From Zygophlyctis sp. KS116 (taxonomy: Eukaryota > Fungi > Chytridiomycota), in NCBI GenBank assembly GCA_054661495.1, contig BAAFSQ010000022.1:30001-62000 (forward strand): a stretch of DNA of 32,000 bases. The letters run 5' to 3'. The notes below the pieces were generated by a model. It was given only the letters and a program-made list of their open reading frames with translations. It did no database searches and had not been told where the DNA came from. The position numbers and the translations under genes are program-made. This document shows, piece after piece, positions 23,597 through 32,000 of the stretch; position 1 is the first letter of the stretch, and each line of letters starts with the position of its first letter.

Positions 23597-25070
23597 ATGT
23601 GGGGACAATTGGCAATATTTAGTCCAAACTCTCAAATGATCATTAAAAGTATAAATTTAATAAATTAATTGCAGATTGTGTTTTAAACGAAACTACCCTT
23701 TCTTTTGGACGCTCTGATGCTAACCAAGTCCAAATACCACAAATGAATTGTTCAAAGATGCACTTTGTAATAACTAAAATGGATGGGATGATCCTCATAA
23801 AAGATTGCAATTCTTTAAATGGCACATTCTTAAACTCAAACAAAATCCCTAAAGGACAGTTTGTGACTCTGGGGCACCTCAACGAAGTGCAAGCGGGTGA
23901 CTTTTTTTGCATCTTTATGGATTGCATAAATCATGCAAACTTTTATTTACCAATGGTAAATAAGTACTATATCTGCCAGCATAATGATCTTGGAAAAGGG
24001 ACGTTTGCTACGGTGAAATTAGCGTAAGATTCCAAACAGCAAAGCTAGTTCGGACGGTTCTCAAAATCATATTTGATCCAAGTTTTTAGTTTAGACTTGA
24101 AAGATTATATTTAGAGAAACATATTCGCTTACAGTCTAAACAAATAGGTTTGATAGTAAAACCGGACAAAGGCTTGCTTGTAAGGTTATCTCAAAGAAAA
24201 TTATTGGAAAATCAGCTTTAAAAGAAACGAGATTGGAAAAACAGCATCTAGAGCAAGAAATAAGTATTCTTTTTAAGATTAGTCACCCAAATATCGTAAA
24301 AGTTCACGATGTAGTTCAAACTGATGACTTTGTCTACATATTCTTGGATCGTATACAGGGAGGTAACAGTTTTTCAATTAAGTATATTTAGGGGAATTGT
24401 TTGACTATATTGTGAAAAATGATGGCATTAAAGAATATGAATCAAAATTTCTTTTTTATCAAATCATTCATGGGATAAAAGTATATTTTAAATGTTAATT
24501 AAATAGTATTTGCATGATTTGAATATAACTCATCGGGATCTAAAACCAGAAAATCTCTTGCTAGAGTCCTGCAATCCTTTTTCTAGAGTAATTCTTACCG
24601 ATTTTGGAATGGCGAAAATGCTAGATACTCGAGGTCTGGAAAGAATGAAAACAAAATGTGGAACAGTAGACTATCTTGCTCCTGAAATTTTAATGAATAA
24701 TGGGATCAAAGGATACTCTCAAAAAGTAGATATTTGGAGTTTGGGAGTAATACTTTATGCTATGCTTTCAGGAAACTTGCCTTTTGAACAACAAGACGTT
24801 AATTCATATTACTTGCGTAGAAACAATATGTCTCAAGAATCTTTTCAAATCCTTAATTTTCCTGAATCTCAAGGATGGGATGCTGTTAGTGCCGATGCCA
24901 AGGATTTGATTAAATGTCTATTACAACTTAATCCAGAAAATAGACTATCAGTATCTGAAATATTTGATCATCCATGGATATCTAGTCAATCTGAAATATT
25001 GGAAAAATTGTATAGCAAAGTATTGATAAAGTCTGGGGCAATTTCAATCTCGGAAATCGTTTCGCGTTAA
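23597..25070 (+). CDS. FHA-domain Ser/Thr kinase (Chk2/Dun1/Mek1 family)
   Basis: MWGQL start; FHA residues FGRS, SKMHF and NSLNGTFLN; kinase motifs LGKGTFATVK, HRDLKPEN, DFGMAK and CGTVDYLAPE. Four introns, including a 124-nt one at 24024-24147. Confidence 0.9.
24024..24147 (+). other. Oversize 124-nt structured GT-AG intron
   Basis: Removing it restores kinase subdomains I-II (FATVKLA|FDSKTGQRLACKVI). Several inverted repeats lie inside it. Confidence 0.85.
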
Positions 25071-25071
25071 A

Positions 25072-25617
25072 ATGAATACTGCCCATTTAGAGTCTCTAAC
25101 TCAATTGCTGTCTGATAATAGACCGCTTGAACATGATTTAATCCCTAAAAATACAGTGAGTACCGAGAAACCAAGGAAAAATCCTGATAAAGACATTATG
25201 TGGGACGAGGATGAAATTGCTGAAAGTATAGATGTTGATCCACGTCCATGTCCAGAGTATTTTTTCATTTAAACTTACAAAAGTTATGAAATTAGCTATC
25301 GGCAAAAAGTATGCACAGAAGACATGTTTCTTGGGATGAGTGGCAAGATGCCTTCCATAATCCATTCGGACGACTTGATCATTGACATAAAGCTCCCAAA
25401 AGTTTCTATAAAGAATGTCGTACTCACAGTTTTAACGAACAATGTTGATCTTAGATGTCCGGAATTGTAAATCTTAATTATTATAATTAATAGTAAACTT
25501 GATCTGTCATTGCCAAAATCCGTGGGGAAGGATTTAGGGAAAGCAGAGTGGGACTCTACCAATCAAATACTCAAGCTTACATTACCAATCATTAATGAAT
25601 TAAAGATATTTGGTTGA
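25072..25617 (+). CDS. DNAAF6: Dynein axonemal assembly factor 6 (PIH1D3/Twister)
   Basis: DIMWDEDE, DPRPCPDYELSYRQKVCTEDMFLGMS and KAEWDS...LKLTLP after splicing 25257-25283 and 25467-25493. Confidence 0.88.
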
Positions 25618-25663
25618 TTTAGTCTTACTGAGATCTATCGGAAATTACTTACGGAAAGTTTCA

Positions 25664-27593
25664 ATGCTTTCTACTGGAAAGCAACGGCCGAAGACTTGTA
25701 TTTCAGACAAAAGAAATAATAACAATCTAAAGATCAGGCCAAAGACTAGCTCAGTTAAACCAAAGCCGATCCATTCATCTCAAAGGAAAGATGCTGCAAA
25801 AAATAACAGTAATGCTGATGCAGTCCAAACCAAAGAATATTCGGCTGGAAAGGTATGCTTTAGCGCATGCACTCAGCGGCCACAGTTGGTATCAAAGGAA
25901 ACCCGGCCATATACGGCTCCTGAATCGCATCAGATCCCTTTTGATTTCGATCAAAGAGTGCCACTTTTTGACGAATCCGAATATTTATATTTGCATGTTC
26001 CTGATGAAGGAACGGACTCAGAAGGAGAGCATTATATACATAATAGAAGGCCAAAAATGGACATTAAATCAAGTCGTCGTAAGTTGAATTCTTTAATAGA
26101 AAGATTCTGGTCAATATTTGTATTATCTTTCAAAGTTGAATGGAAAAAATGTAAGAATAGTTAAAGGAATAGATGTAGAAGCTCAAATGTATCTATTAAA
26201 TCACTTTTAATATGATAGATGCAAACAGGACAAAAAATTTAATGTCATGGACAATGGCATAAAAGAGATTCGATTGGGTATGCGAAATACGAAAACAGCT
26301 CCCAGCTTTGAGCAAAAGCTAAAAGGGAAACCAAGTACAGGTTTAACCATGAATTATCCTACAATTCTCACTGAAGATGAGAATAATCAATTCATTACTG
26401 TAAATGTCTGATCAGAATTAAATATAGCCAAATAGACCAAAGAAGAATCCAATAGCCAAAAATGCAGTCCCAATCATGGATGAAAAGATTAAACACGATT
26501 TCCCTGAACAATTTCATAATAATGCAGGTAGGAGATTAACAACTGCTCGCAGGAAATCACTCAGTGGTAATCGTAATAACTTTTTGGAAAATTCCCTTCA
26601 CTTGTATTCATTAAAGCAGAAGAAAGCTCCCTTGGCAGATTTTGAAGAGGAATCGACTGGAGATACTGGGGAACAAACATGTCAATCTTCTCGAAAGTCC
26701 TCACTCCGTAAAAGCATCGAGTCGCCTTCACAAATATCTCAGACCCCATCTAGGCGCAAAAGTATTTTAAAAATCAACGAAGCATTTTCATATTCTCCTC
26801 AGGCTTTGAGTCGTAAAAGTATTCTCATCGTGAAATCAAGCTCTGAAAGTCCTCTGTCGCATACATCATCAAATTCTGGAATTGAACCCCCAGGAGTATC
26901 TCAGCTATCTGTTGATTTACCCTTGAATGCTTCTTCAGTAAATGCTTCAAAAGATAGCCATTTAGATGATTTGTTTACTGTGACTGATTTAAGTATAATG
27001 TGAATTATTATTGACAAATAGATGATTCTGTTATCAAAAATATTCTAAGGACAGTAAGTAAAGCTAATAGAATGGTTAATCGCAGAATAAATCCTGTTCC
27101 AGAGCCCAAAATTTATCAAAAGAAGCCTAGAAGACCCGCGCTGTTTTCTGGGCAAAATGATGAATGTAATAATGAAGACATTTCGGATCTTAATGATAAA
27201 CCAAGCGCTCCGCGAAGGAACTCTGTAGATGTCTCAGCTGTCATGAAGAACTCATTTGTTGGGAGACGAGTCTCTGTGATTTTGGAAAGAATAAATCTTG
27301 AAGCGCCAGAAGTTGTAGATTACGAAGAAGAAGGTAGTCAAGACGATTCGATGCCTCTCTTGACTAATTACACAAGTACTTCTTCGCAGGATTTCAAAAA
27401 GAGTGATCGCCGATTTTCAGCAAATAGTTTTCTAGGCCCATCACTTAAGGTAACATTTTAATTTCTAAATAATAAGATTCCAGGGCTCTCGCATAATTCT
27501 ACATTTAATAGTTTGAAACCATCTGGATCTTTTGTTTTGGGCAACAATGAAAGCACAAAGAAAAGAGTGGACCCCTCAGAGTCAAAGCTTTAA
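25664..27593 (+). CDS. Uncharacterised low-complexity protein rich in RP(K/Y)T and R(R/K)xS motifs
   Basis: The ORF pieces can be joined by about six introns of 21-33 nt, including a 16-nt microexon at 26173-26188. No domain recognised. Confidence 0.55.
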
Positions 27594-27633
27594 ATCAAAC
27601 ATTTTAAAGATTTAAAATCATTAAAAATTCTTT

Positions 27634-28579
27634 TTAAGACGACAAATGAGTAATATATTTTTTCAATATCTGAGTTATCAACGTGTGAGAGCATTCTGAA
27701 TCCAATCTTGAACATTCTTTACGTAAATCATTATTTGGATCCTCTGATTTTTCCATTGAAACACCTTTAGAAAGAGTCATTTCACCAATTTTCTCTGCAA
27801 AATCATTCACTTGATTAGAAAAAACATCTTTTTTCGACAAATGTGTTTGTGATGCTAATGCTTGAATCCAATATTTTTTTGATAATGCCTCTAAAAGCCT
27901 TTTATTACCATCAGACTTGAATATAGACACATTTAACGAATAATAATCATTACAATGAACCCCATAATCTTGTATTTTTTGTCTTGGAATTGATGATATA
28001 CTAGATTTGATTACAGACTTAAAATTATTGAAAAAATATACCTCTTTTGGCCTATCATTATTATCTTTAAAAGTCCTAAAAGCTCCAATTTCTACTCTCC
28101 CATTAGCAACTGTCCTATGAGGATCTATAACAATTGCCACCCAAGGCTCTTGCCATTGTTGGTGTAATCTTTGTGTCGCAACATCTATACCTGATAACCA
28201 ACAACCATATCCAGGATGTGAATGATACCATCCAATAACATTTTCCAATCTATTAATTTTCTTTAGATATTCCAAGTGGCTAACCATGTATTCGTAACCT
28301 TCCTGTGCCGCATTAACTCTAGTTTCTGTTCCTTCTACCGGTAAAGCAAAAGAATCAATGACAATAAAAGAATCTTTATCTATTTTCCCAATCAACAGTC
28401 CCATAATTTCTATATCTCCTCCAGACTCTGCATGGATCGACATATTCATGATTGATAGCGCAGATACATGTACGTTTTTAAAGAACATTGGACTATTATT
28501 AGAGAAAGTATACATACTCTGATAGCCATGGCTTTGAAGCAACTTGCGATTCATGGCTGGCTTGATCGAATGAATACAT
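27634..28579 (-). CDS. CSN5: COP9 signalosome subunit 5 (JAMM deneddylase)
   Basis: Motifs FALPVEGTETRVNA and WYHSHPGYGCWLSGIDV. The start at 28579 with intron 28493-28517 gives MYSFDQ...SKPWLSDPMFFK, matching the known CSN5 N-terminus. Confidence 0.93.
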
Positions 28580-28606
28580 AGCGTAGGGGAGTTGGTAGGC
28601 TGATCA

Positions 28607-29637
28607 ATGGCAGAAAGAAAAGCTACCAGTAAGAGTTTATAATCTAATCCCAGACAAGTATTATCCTCCATCATGGGATCCTAGTAAAGGATCGATCAAC
28701 AGGTTTGTAGGCCAACATCCTCTGAGAGCAAGAGCTGCAAAGATGGGAATTGGCGTTATAGTCGTTCGCTTTGAAATGCCTTTTAACGTTTGGTGTTTGA
28801 GCTGTCAGAAACATATCGGACAAGGGACTAGATATAATGCTGAGAAGAAGAAGATTGGGCATTATTACTCTTCGCCGATTTACTCTTTTAATATGACTTG
28901 TCATTTATGTTCAGGGAAAATCGAAATTCATACAGATCCAAAGTTGGGAGAGTATGTGATTATAGAAGGTGCTCGGAAAAGAGTAGAAGAGTTTTCTGCA
29001 AAGGATGCTGAAACTATTGAATTAATTGATGATAAGACGAGGGAAAAGATGGAATCAGATGCTTTTTATAAATTAGAACATGGGCAAAGCTTAAAGGAAA
29101 AGGTATTTTGGTCTAATATTTATTTGAAAGATTGAAGAAAAAGAAGAAATTATAGAAAAGATTATGGCTGTGAATCAAGATCAATGGGCTGATCCGTGGA
29201 CAGTTTCGCAGAAATTAAGGAGGAATTTTAGGCAAGAAAAAAGACAGAGAATGGAGGTGGAGTCTAAAGAGTCTGATTTCTTGGATAAAAATGGTTTAAA
29301 TTTACAATTACTTCCATTTGGAGAAAAAGATGAAGAAATGTCACGGTCAGTCTCTTTTAGTATTGTTAATTCTTTGAAAATTATAGAAAAGGAATGTCTG
29401 GATTCAGCATCTGTAAAAACGAGGGTGATGGCAAGATCTATTTTCTCTGATTCCTCAAAAGATACTTCTTTTGAACTAGATAATATGGTTAATAAGCATA
29501 GAGTTAAATTAGATCCATTTATCTCAAATACAAATGCAAAAGATGAGCATGAAGAAACAAAATTGATTACGAAAAATAATTCTACAAAAAAGACTTTAGA
29601 ATTATTATCATGTTATTCTTCTGGTGACAGTGATTGA
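28607..29637 (+). CDS. CCDC130: Splicing factor YJU2B/CCDC130 (Saf4/Yju2 family)
   Basis: MAERKATNKYYPP after intron 28629-28653, followed by HPLRARA, RFEMPFNVWC and RYNAEKKKIG. Confidence 0.9.
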
Positions 29638-32000
29638 TTTGGTCTATGGAAATTCTTTGGATCTATCCCAATAATCATTTGAGGCATGAAGTATGTTTTT
29701 GATCCAATTGATATTGATTTTTGTAGACTTGGAGCTGGTTCAGTCAATGTGTCACTAGTTTTTGCTTCAAATAATGTAAATCTTGAAGGAAGTGGTGGAA
29801 TTGTATGTTGATTAACACCTTTTCGTATGTATGCAAGGTCTGATTCTGAATTAACAGTTCTTTTAATATAGGATATTGTTTGTGGAAGTTTAGTAGATTT
29901 TCTTTTTTCGGAGCTAACTGAAGAGCGGTTCTGGTGTTTGGCAACTTCATAGGAAAATGGGTCGCTTAGTGAAATCCTTTCGATTGGCATTGACTTGTTC
30001 AATTTGGCAAAATATAATGCTAAACTGTTTGCTAATTTTGGTTCTGTAGAAGCAGGTGGAAATTTCCCTATTGAATTATTCTGAATAAATTACAGTAGAT
30101 TGTATCCATTTTTTCTCTAGATTCATGACATGGACTATTTTTCCGTAAATGAGTTTTAAGATTCTTTTTCAACGGGATTAATGATTTTTCTTTCTGTGAA
30201 TGGGCTAGTTTAGAAGCTTCTGTAGCGGCTTCTTTCTTTTTCTTACTTTCAGCTATTTTGTTTTTAAATTCCTCCGCTTTCGCTCGTTTTTCTTCTTCTA
30301 ACTGTAAGCGCCGTCGTTCCTTTTCTAATTTAGCTTCTAAGGCTTGTTCTTTCAATATTCGCTCTTGCTCGAGCATTTCTTTTTCAAGCTGTTTTTGCCT
30401 TTCTTCAGCTAGCCGCTTCATTTCTCTCTCTGCAATTATCTTTCCTGATTGAACTGCGTAAAAGTTGACTACTTGGGCAAAGTCCACATTAGTCGGTTTA
30501 TTTATAATGGCTGTAGGATATCTACCCCTGGGATTTTTTTCTACTATAAAATCCGGCTGTTGTATTAATATTTAATTAATATACATGTACATCTGACTCG
30601 AGACTTGAGACAGGTGGTCGATTTATTTCATAGAAATCTACATCTTCAAGGATATCTCTCTTGAAAGATGCATCAAGTGAAATAAACGAAGCCACTATTT
30701 GATTAAAATTATTGAAGAGTTTTACATTTATCTAAAAAGTCTTTCCCTAACAACTTATCTTCTGCATACTCTGCTAAAGGCATTCTCCTAATGGTTTTAT
30801 AATCTTTAGTAGTATTCCCGATGGTTCTGAGAATATAGGCTCTAATATGGTACTTAAGCCAAAATTTAACGGCACAAATTATGTATAAGATCTGATTTTC
30901 CGATCTAAAATGGCTTCGCTGAGCCTATAGTCATAAGACACAATAAAGTATTACCTGTCTATAAATTGAGTTGAAAGATTCTTTCACATGTACATTTTCC
31001 ATCATATGACATCCGAATTTCCTCATGATTGAGTGAGCTTGCTTCCTATGCCTTAATGATGGAATATTTTACCTCAAAGAATCAGTGGGAACTTGCGTAA
31101 GTATTATCACTATCGGAATTAAATTGGGGTGTGTTGGAGTGTTCTTTGCTATTTCCATTAGCATAAATGAAGCTTGATGTGCATCATCAGGTTCCAACCT
31201 TTGAAAAAAGCCATTTGAAATACAGCTGATGTACATGTCTGAAATATCTTCCTTGAAAGGATATTTCTCTTCCAATGGAAGTTCTGAAAAAAAGGAAGCC
31301 ATCTGTTTTTGATTATCCGTCGATTCTAATTTGAAAGATTCCCTGATGACCTTTGACATGTTGGCTGGAGTTGGCTCGATTGAATACCTACGTTGCTGTA
31401 CCAGTAATGGAGCTTCATGTATAATTGATTCTCTGGGCTTTAACTTTGATTTTGGCTTCGGATTAAAGTTTTCCCCTGTTGCTGGAATTGTTTGATCATA
31501 GCTATTTGCAACATTGACAGATTTATGTGATCCTAAAATATTTTCCCGAGACGAGGTTCCTTCATCTGCGACGAAAATTCTTGACGACTCATTTTGATGA
31601 TAATTATTGTCAATATTTGAACCAAGTTCTGAATGTTGCTGCACTTTTGAAAGTGAATCATGCAAGTTATTGGATTGGAAACTTATATTTGTTTCCGCTT
31701 CATCCTCTTCTATTTCATACAGATCTTCTTCAAAGAATATCTTGAAATTAAATAACTGAAGATACCTTTTCCATAGGAAACCAATGATTTTCCATTATTC
31801 GCACAACTAGTTCTGGAAGGGGATTTGGCGGTGGGGGTGCAGCAGGTTCTGGTTTCTTTTCAACTCGCGGTATTTGTTCTGATAAAGTAGTTGTCTCCTC
31901 ATTTCTAATCTCTGTTGGACCATCTGAGATGACAATATTTGATGATGAATCGTTGATATTTTCCTCCTGGGAGATATTTCGAATCTTTTTTTTAGTAAAA
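29613..32000 (-). CDS. Large uncharacterised protein with a C-terminal charged coiled coil; partial, start lies outside the window
   Basis: ORFs 31069-31665, 30068-30487 and 29613-30002 are linked by short GT-AG introns. No domain recognised. Confidence 0.6.

Noticed and set aside
24024-24147. TPP riboswitch, canonical snoRNA, or recursive/stwintron explanation for the long intron
   Set aside because: No CUGAGA TPP core, no terminal C/D boxes, no ANANNA hinge between the hairpins and no AG|GT ratchet point were seen. These cannot be fully excluded without an Infernal search.
25060-25068. TTTCGCGT (SCB/E2F-like) directly upstream of the DNAAF6 ATG
   Set aside because: A single occurrence inside the kinase's last codons; insufficient evidence.
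28580-28674. ORF-track N-terminal extension of CSN5 overlapping CCDC130
   Set aside because: Homology supports a spliced start at 28579; the extension is antisense to exon 1 of CCDC130.

Overview
Eukaryotic, AT-rich and extremely gene-dense nuclear DNA, most likely from a zoosporic (chytrid-type) fungus. The evidence for this is flagellar/centriolar genes (ODF3/SHIPPO-like, CEP70-like, PIH1D3/DNAAF6) together with a fungal DUF1752/DUF3295 protein. Manual splicing gives about 24 protein-coding genes: CCT5, ODF3-like, TRM5, RPP21, a PIGBOS1-like microprotein, a small candidate axonemal protein, CEP70-like, a secreted LRR protein, POL1, tetraspanin-like, CNOT10-like, CBK1/NDR kinase, DUF1752, TRS20, CCCH-Smr, ASNSD1, AOS1, CTL/SLC44, FHA-kinase, DNAAF6, CSN5, CCDC130 and two unknown genes. 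The ORF track is fragmented by roughly 90 hand-called spliceosomal introns, almost all only 21-32 nt long. Main observations: (1) the only two well-supported oversize introns (53 nt and 124 nt, both in kinase genes) contain hairpins that would fold them back to near the modal length, and the 124-nt intron also has a competing pairing and a cryptic PTC-producing acceptor, so it is a candidate structure-controlled splicing switch; (2) gene packing is operon-like, with an ATGA stop/start overlap, co-directional spacers of 1 and 8 nt, divergent start codons 11 and 27 nt apart, and tail-to-tail coding overlaps. All gene models are manual predictions with no RNA data. No rRNA, tRNA, CRISPR array or transposon was recognised.
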